A stretch of 40,891 bases of DNA. Source: Nanobdellota archaeon. GTDB taxonomy: Archaea; Nanobdellota; Nanobdellia; Woesearchaeales; JACPBV01. Both the position numbers and the translations under genes were made by a program. The stretch lies in NCBI GenBank assembly GCA_018813685.1, contig JAHJAV010000055.1:1-40891 (forward strand), read 5' to 3'. Below are positions 28,641-37,591 of the stretch, one piece after another. The first letter of the stretch is position 1, and each line of letters starts with the position of its first letter. Below the pieces are notes generated by a model. That model was not told the DNA's origin and made no database searches. It saw only the letters and a list, made by a program, of their open reading frames with translations.

Positions 28641-29379
28641 CTTTTTCCTCCTTTACTTTCTTTTTTCTTGTTCTTTTCTTTGCAGGCTTTTTTTCTTCTG
28701 ATTTTTTTTCAGCTATTTCTTCTGCCTTTTCTTCTTTTTTCTCTTCTGATTTTTCTTTCTTTTCTGATTCTGCTAATTCTTCTTCGCTTGTAAAACTGAT
28801 CACATCAGGAAGCTTGATATCAGGAGGCATTATTGATACTTTAATTCCTACAATACCTGCTTTCAACTGAGCAGCAGCATAAGCCCTATCTACCCCTTCT
28901 AACGAAACGTCTCCGCATTTTCTTAAATAACCAGAGTAAAATCTCCATGATTTTGCCCTTGAACTTGGGATCTTTCCGCTTAATATCACTTCTATGCCTA
29001 ATGCTCCTGAGCGCATTACTTCTGTCATTATCTTATGACCAACGCCTTTAAAATTTTTTGTTCCGAAACGCTCTAATGCACCTGCAATCTTTTCAGCCAT
29101 TATTGAAGCGTTGAGCCCTGTGTTTTGGACTTCTGCAATCTCTATCTGAGGATTTTCCAATTCGAATTCTTTTTTTAATAATTTTGTCAACTGTTTTATG
29201 TTTTCTCCTTTTCTTCCGACTACAAGACCCGGCCTTGATGTATGCACAATTATCTTTTCACCCAATGGAGTTTTCTGTATCTTGATGTGGCTAAGGCCTG
29301 CATTCCTGAGGCTATCTCTAACATATCTTTGAATCTGAAATTCCTTTATCTTTTCCTTAACCAGTTTTCTTTCTATCAT
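28609..29379 (-). CDS. rps3: 30S ribosomal protein S3 with K/E-rich C-terminal tail
   Basis: KTPLG, RPGLVVGRKG, GALG.EV.LSGK, GIKVSIMPP. Confidence 0.96.
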   Translation of the reverse strand: MIERKLVKEKIKEFQIQRYVRDSLRNAGLSHIKIQKTPLGEKIIVHTSRPGLVVGRKGENIKQLTKLLKKEFELENPQIEIAEVQNTGLNASIMAEKIAGALERFGTKNFKGVGHKIMTEVMRSGALGIEVILSGKIPSSRAKSWRFYSGYLRKCGDVSLEGVDRAYAAAQLKAGIVGIKVSIMPPDIKLPDVISFTSEEELAESEKKEKSEEKKEEKAEEIAEKKSEEKKPAKKRTRKKKVKEEKDESQGNKVAE

Positions 29380-29869
29380 TTTTCTTTTCTTCCTTTTGTT
29401 TTTTATCTTCCTTTTGTTTTTTATCTTCTTTGGATTTCTTCTCTTCGACTATGATTTCTATATGCGTCCTTTTAGATTTTCTTCTTCTCTGCCTGCCATA
29501 ACGCCATGGCCTACTAGCCAAATGAGCACATATATGTGTGATTGTCAAGTCTGATGTGTTTAATCCCTTAAATTGAGCATTTGACTCTGCGGATTCAAGC
29601 AGTTCTATGATCTTTAATGCAGCATTTTTTGGGAATCTGCCTGGCCCAATCTTTGTCTTATGGCTTAAATCTTTGTTGAATATCTTGAATGGGACTGCCC
29701 TAGTACGATCAACAACGCACTGCAGCATCTTTTTTGCCTGGGTAAGTTTTTTATTTCTTATGAAGTGACATATCTCTACACTAAACTTAGTTGAGATTGG
29801 CAGTGAACTGCCAACTACTCTAGCCATTGTTTCTTTATTATAGTTTTGTGTTGAGTATTTATGTACCAT
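29357..29869 (-). CDS. rpl22: 50S ribosomal protein L22
   Basis: ISTK.SVEIC..IR, GRFP, AESNA..KGL, THIEI. Confidence 0.94.
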   Translation of the reverse strand: MVHKYSTQNYNKETMARVVGSSLPISTKFSVEICHFIRNKKLTQAKKMLQCVVDRTRAVPFKIFNKDLSHKTKIGPGRFPKNAALKIIELLESAESNAQFKGLNTSDLTITHICAHLASRPWRYGRQRRRKSKRTHIEIIVEEKKSKEDKKQKEDKKQKEEKKNDRKKTG

Positions 29870-29870
29870 T

Positions 29871-30254
29871 TTATTTCACTGATAGTGCTGCTGAGCTCTT
29901 TGTAGCGCCAATTCCTGGTGCAGAGTGCTCTACTCTTTTCCTAGTCATTGCAAATTCCCCAAGGTAATGGCCTAACATCTCATCCTGGATTATAGTAGAG
30001 ACAAATTCCTTGCCGTTATGGATTCTTATGGTCATGCCGATCATCTCTGGCAGGATAACCATATCCTTGCAGTGAGTTTCAATATTATTTTTTTTTGATC
30101 TTATTCTTTTTAACAGGATTTTCTGCTGGTCTGTGAATCCTCTTTTTATGCTTCTCCTCTGTCTTGAAGGTAGCAATAGGATAAAATCAGTAATGCTAAG
30201 ATCCTTTAATTCCCCTAATGTCTTTCCCTTATATGTGAATTCTTTTTTTACCAT
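29871..30254 (-). CDS. rps19: 30S ribosomal protein S19
   Basis: [34 protein letters not shown]. Confidence 0.96.
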   Translation of the reverse strand: MVKKEFTYKGKTLGELKDLSITDFILLLPSRQRRSIKRGFTDQQKILLKRIRSKKNNIETHCKDMVILPEMIGMTIRIHNGKEFVSTIIQDEMLGHYLGEFAMTRKRVEHSAPGIGATKSSAALSVK

Positions 30255-30256
30255 CT

Positions 30257-30973
30257 CTATCTCCTCTTCCAGCCTGTTCTTCTTGCCGCTACTTTACCTA
30301 CTTTTGCTCCAGGAGGAGCGTCTCTTGATACAGTAGAAGCTTTCCCTTTAGCGCAAGTGCTTCTTCCGCCAAATGGATGTGAAACAGCGTTCATTGCAAG
30401 GGCAGCTGACCTTGGCCACATCTTGTTTCTTGCCCTCATAGCATGAAACTTAAATCCTGCTTTAAGGAATGGTTTTTCTGTCCTTCCTGCACCTGCTATT
30501 ATCCCTATTGTTGCCCTGCAGGACGAGTTAAATTCTTTTTCTTTTTTTGAAGGAAGCATTACAGTAACTTTATCTTTAATCTTGTTTAGGACTTTTGCTG
30601 AGGTTCCTGAGCATCTTACGAACTTTCCACCGTCTCCAGGTGCACCTTCTATGTTATATATAAGTGTTCCTTCTGGAATACTTTTCAATGGAAGGATATT
30701 TCCTGGGCTGACTGGCGCTTCTTCGCCGTGCATTATCTTGTCTCCCACTTTAATGCCTTCTGAAGCCTGTAAAAGAGATGTTTCTCCGTTATCATAGACT
30801 ACATCAACTAAAGGAGCTGAATGGCCTGAGCAATGTATGATATCTTTTATCTCTCCACCAATAAGGTTTTTTGTGTATGAGTTATAGGCTGTTTTGCCTT
30901 CATACCTAAAGCTAGGTGCTCTGTATGTTGGCGAGCCTTTTCCACGTTTTTGCTGAATTAAATTTTTTCCCAT
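30257..30973 (-). CDS. rpl2: 50S ribosomal protein L2
   Basis: MGK.LIQQ.RGKG, NIE..PGDGGK, AMNAV.HPFGG, KVG..AARRTG. Confidence 0.97.
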   Translation of the reverse strand: MGKNLIQQKRGKGSPTYRAPSFRYEGKTAYNSYTKNLIGGEIKDIIHCSGHSAPLVDVVYDNGETSLLQASEGIKVGDKIMHGEEAPVSPGNILPLKSIPEGTLIYNIEGAPGDGGKFVRCSGTSAKVLNKIKDKVTVMLPSKKEKEFNSSCRATIGIIAGAGRTEKPFLKAGFKFHAMRARNKMWPRSAALAMNAVSHPFGGRSTCAKGKASTVSRDAPPGAKVGKVAARRTGWKRR

Positions 30974-30997
30974 TGTTTCAAACCTTTTGTTTGTAAC

Positions 30998-31025
30998 ATG
31001 CCAAAAAGCTTTGCTTTTTGAGCAT
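30998..31025. repeat. Short palindromic element (copy 2) between rpl23 and rpl2
   Basis: atgc-caaaaagc-ttt-gctttttg-a-gcat. Confidence 0.7.
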
Positions 31026-31285
31026 TACATCAAACCTAGTTGAGTTGCAATATCTATAGCAGGATTTTCTGCTGAAAATTTTACATATGCTTTTTTATTG
31101 CCGTCTGGACCTATAAACGAGTTTACTTTTATCACTTTTACCTTGAACATCTTTTCGATTGATTCTTTTATTTCCTTATTTGTAGATTTTCTATCTACTA
31201 CGAACAATAATTTATTCTCGCTTTCCATCATCCTAATCGCCTTTTCTGTCGATAAGGGGTTTTTTATTATGTGGTATGGGTCCAT
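31025..31285 (-). CDS. rpl23: 50S ribosomal protein L23
   Basis: P..TEKA....E.ENKL.FVVD, KKAYVK, A.DIA..LG. Confidence 0.95.
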   Translation of the reverse strand: MDPYHIIKNPLSTEKAIRMMESENKLLFVVDRKSTNKEIKESIEKMFKVKVIKVNSFIGPDGNKKAYVKFSAENPAIDIATQLGLM

Positions 31286-31286
31286 T

Positions 31287-32096
31287 TTAGTTGAATAATT
31301 TTTCTTTTGATAGTAATTCTACTGCGTCTTTGCTCCATAGTGTGAGCCTGCCTGGAACTGCGCCAGGGGCCAATAACCTTACGTTTAAGTTTTTAACTTC
31401 GCAAACGTCAATGCCTGGAATGTTAGCTGCTGATTTTGTCAGGTTACAGTCTTTTGAAACTACTAACAATGGGCCTTTTCTTTTAATGTATTTTCTTCCT
31501 CTTTTTGTTCCTGCGCCTGATCTTATCTTCTTTTTTTCACATCTTTCTAATTCTTTTTCCAGACCTAGTTTGATCAAGGTTTCTTTTACCTTGCTGGTCT
31601 TGTCTAAAGATTCGATTGATGAGTCAATTATAAATGGGTAATTAGGGCTTAGCTTGTGGCCCCTTTTCTCGACTAATTCTGTCTTTAATGTAGCTGAGAT
31701 AGCAGACCTTATTGCTAATTTTCTTTCTTTCTTGTTGATTTTCTGCCACCAGATTCTTTCTGATTTTGGAGGATGGGCTTGTCTTCCGCCTACTGTTCCA
31801 GGAGCAAATGCGCCCTGCCAGTTCATCCTTGTGCCTCTTCTGGACATTATTTTTCTAGGGACTCTGGAGATACCATGACCATAAGATCCCCTGTAATCGT
31901 GCCTTCGTTTTGAGATTTCTACAGACTGCCTTTTTCCTGCTTCGGGAGATGTACCATAAGCCTGCCTCAAGTGAGACATGATAGCTAAAAATGCTCTTTT
32001 CAGCAAGTCTGGCCTTATATCTTCCTGAAACTGTTCAGGCAGTTTCATCTTGCCTGTTTCCTTGCTTTCTAAGTCTAGTATTTTAAGTTCTTTCAT
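31287..32096 (-). CDS. rpl4: 50S ribosomal protein L4
   Basis: P.QF.E.IRPDL, GISRVPR, GGRQAHPP, IN.KER..AIRSA, LAPGA.PGRLT. Confidence 0.96.
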   Translation of the reverse strand: MKELKILDLESKETGKMKLPEQFQEDIRPDLLKRAFLAIMSHLRQAYGTSPEAGKRQSVEISKRRHDYRGSYGHGISRVPRKIMSRRGTRMNWQGAFAPGTVGGRQAHPPKSERIWWQKINKKERKLAIRSAISATLKTELVEKRGHKLSPNYPFIIDSSIESLDKTSKVKETLIKLGLEKELERCEKKKIRSGAGTKRGRKYIKRKGPLLVVSKDCNLTKSAANIPGIDVCEVKNLNVRLLAPGAVPGRLTLWSKDAVELLSKEKLFN

Positions 32097-32097
32097 T

Positions 32098-33063
32098 TTA
32101 GGTTAATATCTCTTTTATCTGAGGAGCTTCTTTTTGTATAAATTTGCTTGGCCTTATTGCAGTATTGAATCTTATCAATCTTTTTGTTGGGCCTGGAGCA
32201 GAGCCTTTTATTATAATATATGGGTTTTTGATTAATCCATATCTTAAGAAACCGCTTTTTGGGTTGACTTCTTCGGGTTTATCACTTATCTTTAACAGCC
32301 ATTTGTTGTGTTCTAATCTCTGGTAATAACCCATCTGACCTGCGTGAGGAACTCTCCACATAACCTTTCCCTGGCCTTGCCATCCCCCTAAAGAGCCTGG
32401 ATTTCTCCTGCTTTTTTCAGATTTATGACTTCTTAAGGATATTCCAAATCTTTTTACAGGACCCTGCAGCCCTTTTCCTTTTGTTATTGCGTGAATATCA
32501 AGCTGAGCGCCTTCTTTGAATATGTCTGAGACGTTAATTATTTTTCCTAAGACTGATTTTGCATAAGCTAGTTTTTCTTCTTTTTTTCCGCCTATGCCCA
32601 TCTCAAAAAGCTCTGGCCTTTTTTTTCCGATGGTCGTAAGTTTTGGCTGAGTGTAAACTGTTAGCTGTATATCATCAAAATCTTTTATGTCATCAATCTT
32701 AATCTTCTTGTTTTTTGGAAAAATTATCTTTCTTTCGAGTTCCTTATCCAGCTCATCAGCGAAAACATCAGAAACAACTTTTAAACCATCACCGGTTTTT
32801 TTGTAGAAACGAACAGAAGCAACTTTTAAAGGAGGACATTCAATGAGCGTAACCGGGTAAGATATTATCTTGCCTTTTGTCATTGAGTTAGGGCCATTGT
32901 CCAAAAGCATCACGTGAGCCATTCCCACTTTGTAGCCGGCAAATCCTAAAAGTTTTGCTTCTTTTGTCTTTGCCCAGCAGCCAATACTTGCTACTGGCTT
33001 TTTAGTCCTTTTTCTAGGATAATAAGCCATACTTCCGAATCTTGGTCTTCTTACGGTTGGCAT
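32098..33063 (-). CDS. rpl3: 50S ribosomal protein L3
   Basis: PR.GSMA..PRKR, GFAGYKVGM, TKGKG.QGPVKRFG, AGQMGY.QR.E.NK. Confidence 0.97.
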   Translation of the reverse strand: MPTVRRPRFGSMAYYPRKRTKKPVASIGCWAKTKEAKLLGFAGYKVGMAHVMLLDNGPNSMTKGKIISYPVTLIECPPLKVASVRFYKKTGDGLKVVSDVFADELDKELERKIIFPKNKKIKIDDIKDFDDIQLTVYTQPKLTTIGKKRPELFEMGIGGKKEEKLAYAKSVLGKIINVSDIFKEGAQLDIHAITKGKGLQGPVKRFGISLRSHKSEKSRRNPGSLGGWQGQGKVMWRVPHAGQMGYYQRLEHNKWLLKISDKPEEVNPKSGFLRYGLIKNPYIIIKGSAPGPTKRLIRFNTAIRPSKFIQKEAPQIKEILT

Positions 33064-33283
33064 TTTGTGTTATAGCAATATCTCTTATTGTAATTTTTGT
33101 GAGTAAAATTGCCTTTTATTGAAACCTTTAGTAGAATTAATCTGTACTGAAAAGGCTCCTTTTCAGGCTGTTTTTTACAATGTACATAATGAACTTAAGT
33201 ACACATTTCTATTCAGAAGTAGTGTGAATAAGGGGGGCTTTATAAAGGTTATGGAAATTTGGAATTTCTTTGAAAAAAATAAT

Positions 33284-33319
33284 CGAAACATTTATATATG
33301 TATCTATCTTGTATCTAAA
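33284..33319 (+). promoter_or_regulatory. BRE-TATA plus putative operator of the controller/MTase operon
   Basis: cgaaa-ca-TTTATATA (33284-33298) immediately followed by tgtatctatcttgtatctaaa. Confidence 0.6.
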
Positions 33320-33360
33320 ATGTGGTTAAAGTTATATATTAATGTATTAAACAAAGAGGT

Positions 33361-33630
33361 ATGCAAAGGGGGATGGTAACTGCTATATCATTATTGAAAT
33401 CTAGTGAATATCGCTTAAAGATAGTAAAAGCTATAGGAAAAGATACAGTAACTCCTTCTGAAATTGCGGAAAAAATAGGAATACGTTTAAATCATGTAAG
33501 TACGTTTTTAAAAGAATTAAAAGAGAATAATTTAGTAAAATGCTTAAATGAAGATACAAGAAAAGGCAGATTATATGAATTGACAGAATTAGGACAAAAT
33601 GCAATCGACAAGCTTACAAATGGAAAATAG
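33361..33630 (+). CDS. Winged-HTH regulator, putative RM controller (alternative start 33373)
   Basis: S.YR.KI..AI....TPSEIA...GI..NHVS..L.EL....LV.C...RKGR.Y.LT..G; overlaps the MTase start. Confidence 0.8.
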   Translation: MQRGMVTAISLLKSSEYRLKIVKAIGKDTVTPSEIAEKIGIRLNHVSTFLKELKENNLVKCLNEDTRKGRLYELTELGQNAIDKLTNGK

Positions 33631-34888
33631 AATAAAATTTAAGGATGAAAGCTGGGACTTTCGCAATGATTTTACTAAGTATAGTAATCATGGCTTTCAT
33701 ACTTACCCAGCTATGATGATTCCCCAAGTGGCAAGAAGATTAATCCAAATGTATGGAAAAGATAAAGAGGTTCTCTTAGATCCTTTTATGGGTTCAGGAA
33801 CAGCGCTTTTAGAAGCAAAACTACATAAAAATTTCAAAAAAGCTTATGGTATAGACATAAATCCTCTTGCTCTTTTAATTTCAAAAGTAAAAACTACGCC
33901 AATTAATCCAGAAATTCTAAAAGAAGAGTATAATCAATTAATTTCTAGGTGTAATACAGATAAAAAAGCAGTTAATTTCAGAGAGAAAGAAATTAAAAAA
34001 CCAGATTTCTATAATCTTGAATTCTGGTTTAAACCAGAAGTGATAATTGATTTAGCAATAATCAAAGAAAGTATAAATAGAATTGAAGATAAAGATATAA
34101 AAGATTTTTTTCTGGTTGTTTTCTCTGAAACTGTAAGAAATGTATCCAACACTAGAAATGGGGAATATAAACTTTATAGGATGAATCGATCGATGATGGA
34201 TAAACATAAACCTAATACTTTTGAAGTATTTAAAGGCAAAGCATCAAAGAATATTGTTGGAATGGAAGAATATTTTAAAATATATAATCCAAAGTGTCAA
34301 GTTAATATTCTAGCAGAAGATACGAGAAATTTGACATCTATTCCCACGAATAGTGTTGATTTAATTGTAACCTCCCCACCCTATGGAGATAGTCGAACAA
34401 CAGTAGCTTATGGTCAGTTTTCAAGATTAGGTTTACAATGGTTAGATTATGGTAAAGATGAAGTTTCGAATATTGATAAAGTAAGTTTGGGCGGTATACC
34501 TACTAAAGATTTGCATAATTGGTTAGATTCTCCAACTTTAAAGAAAACATTGGATGAAATTTCTAAAATTGATACTTGCAGGGCAAAAGATGTTTTAAGC
34601 TTTTATGTGGATTTTAATAAGTGTGTTCGGGAATTACATAGAGTTACTAAAAAAGGTGCATTTATGTGCTTGGTGGTAGGTAATAGAACTGTAAAAGGCG
34701 TTCAAATTCCAACAGATGAAATAATATTAGAATTATTCCAATCAAAAAATCATTATAAGCACCACAATACATTTATTAGAAATATACCCCATAAAAGAAT
34801 GCCCAAATTAAATTCTCCTACTAACATAGTCGGTAATCATGCTGTAACTATGAATGAAGAATGGATAGTTATTATAGAGAAACAATAA
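33620..34888 (+). CDS. DNA methyltransferase, probably N4-cytosine, alpha class (M.MvaI-like)
   Basis: H.YPAMMIP, motif I DPFMGSGT N-terminal, motif IV TSPPY C-terminal. Confidence 0.9.
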   Translation: MENRIKFKDESWDFRNDFTKYSNHGFHTYPAMMIPQVARRLIQMYGKDKEVLLDPFMGSGTALLEAKLHKNFKKAYGIDINPLALLISKVKTTPINPEILKEEYNQLISRCNTDKKAVNFREKEIKKPDFYNLEFWFKPEVIIDLAIIKESINRIEDKDIKDFFLVVFSETVRNVSNTRNGEYKLYRMNRSMMDKHKPNTFEVFKGKASKNIVGMEEYFKIYNPKCQVNILAEDTRNLTSIPTNSVDLIVTSPPYGDSRTTVAYGQFSRLGLQWLDYGKDEVSNIDKVSLGGIPTKDLHNWLDSPTLKKTLDEISKIDTCRAKDVLSFYVDFNKCVRELHRVTKKGAFMCLVVGNRTVKGVQIPTDEIILELFQSKNHYKHHNTFIRNIPHKRMPKLNSPTNIVGNHAVTMNEEWIVIIEKQ

Positions 34889-35632
34889 TCAAATTTCTTC
34901 AACTTTGAACACTTTAGGAATGTTGTTTTTTAAAACTCTGAAACCCGAACCATGGTCGTGTGTTTTTCCTTTACTTGAACCAGTACCATACACCCCTATT
35001 CTTATATCGTAAACAATTAATCCTTCTTTTACAAATTGAATGAATTTTTGAAAAGATAACTCTTTTAACAAAGTAGCTTCTTTAAAATGGAATAACTCTT
35101 TTCCATTTTCTACTTTTGCATCTGCATTTATGAAAGCAATATGTTCGCATTTGGTTTCAATAATAGATTTTAGGTCTGCAAAGGTGTAATAAATTGAGTT
35201 GTCAATTATTTTATCTGTCGTTAGATTTTTTACCAAGATAACTATTCTTTCCGCCTTTTCATCAACTTCTAGCTTAAATCCTATCTTTGAAAAGAATGTG
35301 TTGAACTTTGTAGCTGAGATTGTAGTATGTAGTATCTTCATATTATTTTTATCTGGATGGCCATAAGTTTCTCTGAGATAGGAATTTGCACCTTGAGGAT
35401 TTGATGGGGATTTTGTAAATAATGTTAGCATACTTTTTGATAAATCCCTTTTTGATTTGATTTCTAAGATTCCTTGATAATCTGCTAAAGAACTATTGTT
35501 TTCTACTATGCCGATTACATCTTCAAAAGTTTTACCTATCCCAGTATTATGTGTTCTATGAGATTCAATAAATCCTTTTGATTTTATAATAGAAAAATCT
35601 TTTTTAAAACCTTGTAATACTTTAGCATCCAT
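34889..35632 (-). CDS. Type II restriction endonuclease, MvaI/BcnI family
   Basis: TGIGKTFED..GI.ENN...AD...LEIKS.R....LTLFTK.P ... HDHGSGFR; convergent with the MTase. Confidence 0.85.
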   Translation of the reverse strand: MDAKVLQGFKKDFSIIKSKGFIESHRTHNTGIGKTFEDVIGIVENNSSLADYQGILEIKSKRDLSKSMLTLFTKSPSNPQGANSYLRETYGHPDKNNMKILHTTISATKFNTFFSKIGFKLEVDEKAERIVILVKNLTTDKIIDNSIYYTFADLKSIIETKCEHIAFINADAKVENGKELFHFKEATLLKELSFQKFIQFVKEGLIVYDIRIGVYGTGSSKGKTHDHGSGFRVLKNNIPKVFKVEEI

Positions 35633-35640
35633 GTGCTATT

Positions 35641-35696
35641 GTCAAGATACAAATTTTATATAACGATACCGCAAGATAGATATAGTTTAGATACAA
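35641..35696 (-). promoter_or_regulatory. REase promoter with repeated GTATC(T) boxes around the TATA box
   Basis: Minus strand reads ttgtatctaaa-c-tatatctatcttg-cggtatcg-TTATATAA-aa-tttgtatcttgac, about 24 nt before ATG 35632. Confidence 0.6.
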
Positions 35697-35716
35697 CAAT
35701 AATTGTTGTTGTGTTT

Positions 35717-37078
35717 TTATTTTGTTTCTGATTGTTTGATTTGTTCTTTATTCATTTCTTTATTTGTTGTTTTAACTTCTTTCTTGGGTTTCTTTTCCTT
35801 GTTTAAGTATCTTGTCTTTATCCTTGAGTAATTCACAGGGTTTTTTATCTTCTGGCAGAGGTTATCAGGGATGCAGAACCTTAGGTCATGATAATACATC
35901 TTATTGCCGCAGTTTGGAGGAAGGATCTTTTTGTTTTTTTGTTTGTGGTATCTTACCTGGCCCTGAATCAAAACTTCTCTTAAGGGTTCTGTGTTTTGTT
36001 TGTTCCATTCATCTAATCTTTTTTCTATCTGATCATAGCCCCAGCCGACTGATGTTAAGAAGTTTGATAAGATGAATAAAGAACGCTTTCTTCCGTCTGT
36101 TATCCCTTTCAAGATATTCTGTATACATGGAGGGAAGAATTGTTCTGGAACTGCTTCTTCAGGTATAAGATATTTTTTTTTGTCTTTTTTTACTGTTGTG
36201 TCTTCTATGTTTGGCTTAAAGTCAAATGCCTGCACTAAAAGTTTTTTTGCTTCATTTGGAATTGCTTTTTTCTTGTCTAAGAATCTATATTTGGATACTT
36301 TTACATTTTCTGAAATTGCTATCTCTTTTGTGAAGTCCATAACCTTATCTGGATTTATGGGAACTGAAACTAAACCTGATTTTTCATTAAAGCTGTAAGG
36401 CATCCTGTAAAGGTGTCTTGATGATATCAAGATGGTGTCTATGCCGACTATTGAGAATGGATTAAATATCTTGTTTTTAACTATTTCATTAAATGGTTTT
36501 CCTGTCTTTTTCATTATTAAATCTATACTTTCTGATTTTAGCATCTCATTTATCAGAGGAGGATGTATCATCTCCTTGAGATAGAGTGCTATTTTCCTTG
36601 CTCCATCTGGAAACCATAATTTTGTTTCCTTGTCGTATACTTTAGCTGGGAAGGATTCAAAAGGAACTCCAATATGAAAGCCAGAGCCTCCTGAGAATTT
36701 GCAAGAAACTGATTCAATGCCCTGGAACTTTAATGCTTTTATCAGTAGGTTGGCTGTTATTTTTGAATATTCAATGAATTTGCAGTCAATGTCTAAAACT
36801 AGATCCCATCCCTGCCTTAGGTCGTCTGCATCTATCTTTTTCATCATAGGATCTAATTGTAATGGGCTCTTCCATAGCTCTTCTGAAGCGTGGAAAGAAG
36901 TTGCGCCTTGTTTGGCCAGCTCTAATATATCTTTGGGGTATTTTAGGATATCCGGCCTTTTTCCGAAGCCTTTGTCGCCGAACTTTATAGCTATCTCCCT
37001 GTCTTTTGCATTTTCGACTATTTCTGCTTGTATGTCTTCTCTTTTGTAATGCTTTAGAAGCTGGCTTGTTGTTATCAT
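35717..37078 (-). CDS. Fused DNA primase PriS-PriL (DPANN type)
   Basis: PriS motifs DLVLDID, KFSG..GFH, R.L.RMPYS.N.KSG, followed by a PriL-CTD-like region FPPCI..IL.G..DGRKR...PPNC...C..D..C. Confidence 0.9.
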   Translation of the reverse strand: MITTSQLLKHYKREDIQAEIVENAKDREIAIKFGDKGFGKRPDILKYPKDILELAKQGATSFHASEELWKSPLQLDPMMKKIDADDLRQGWDLVLDIDCKFIEYSKITANLLIKALKFQGIESVSCKFSGGSGFHIGVPFESFPAKVYDKETKLWFPDGARKIALYLKEMIHPPLINEMLKSESIDLIMKKTGKPFNEIVKNKIFNPFSIVGIDTILISSRHLYRMPYSFNEKSGLVSVPINPDKVMDFTKEIAISENVKVSKYRFLDKKKAIPNEAKKLLVQAFDFKPNIEDTTVKKDKKKYLIPEEAVPEQFFPPCIQNILKGITDGRKRSLFILSNFLTSVGWGYDQIEKRLDEWNKQNTEPLREVLIQGQVRYHKQKNKKILPPNCGNKMYYHDLRFCIPDNLCQKIKNPVNYSRIKTRYLNKEKKPKKEVKTTNKEMNKEQIKQSETK

Positions 37079-37181
37079 AAAATCCCCATTGAACAGTATA
37101 TTTTTATACTTTATATGCTTTTTGATTAAGTATATAATAATTTTAATTAAGTAATCCAGCCAGTAATGACTGGATTTTTGT

Positions 37182-37559
37182 ATGATAAAAATGAGAAAGG
37201 AAGTAGAAGAATTATTGGGATGGGTAGAAAAATTAAAGGAAGATAGTAAATTGATAATTGTTGAGGGTAAAGAAGATAAAATGGCTTTGGGTAATTTGGG
37301 GCTTGTGAATGTTATTCAATTGGGGCGAAAGCCATTGTATAAGGTTGTTGAGATTGTTGTGAAGAAAGGCGAAGAAGTCATTATTCTTACTGATTTAGAT
37401 AAAGAGGGTAAGAAGATATATGCACGCTTGAATCATGAGCTTGGGCAGTTTGGTGTTAAGATAGATAATAGATTCAGAAACTTTTTGTTTAAGAGCACTC
37501 AACTACGGCAGATAGAGGGGTTAGATAGTTATATTAATAGACTGGAGATTAAAGGTTAA
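37182..37559 (+). CDS. Stand-alone Toprim-domain protein
   Basis: IIVEGKED..AL, IILTDLDKEG. Confidence 0.88.
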   Translation: MIKMRKEVEELLGWVEKLKEDSKLIIVEGKEDKMALGNLGLVNVIQLGRKPLYKVVEIVVKKGEEVIILTDLDKEGKKIYARLNHELGQFGVKIDNRFRNFLFKSTQLRQIEGLDSYINRLEIKG

Positions 37560-37591
37560 ATATTTAAATATTGGAGGTATACTATACTATC

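Noticed and set aside
33119-33379. 86-aa ORF
   Set aside because: It spans the divergent rpl3/controller promoters, has a TTG start and no recognisable motif.
37153-37176. GUAA-loop hairpin before the Toprim gene as a regulatory RNA
   Set aside because: A single short stem with no other support.
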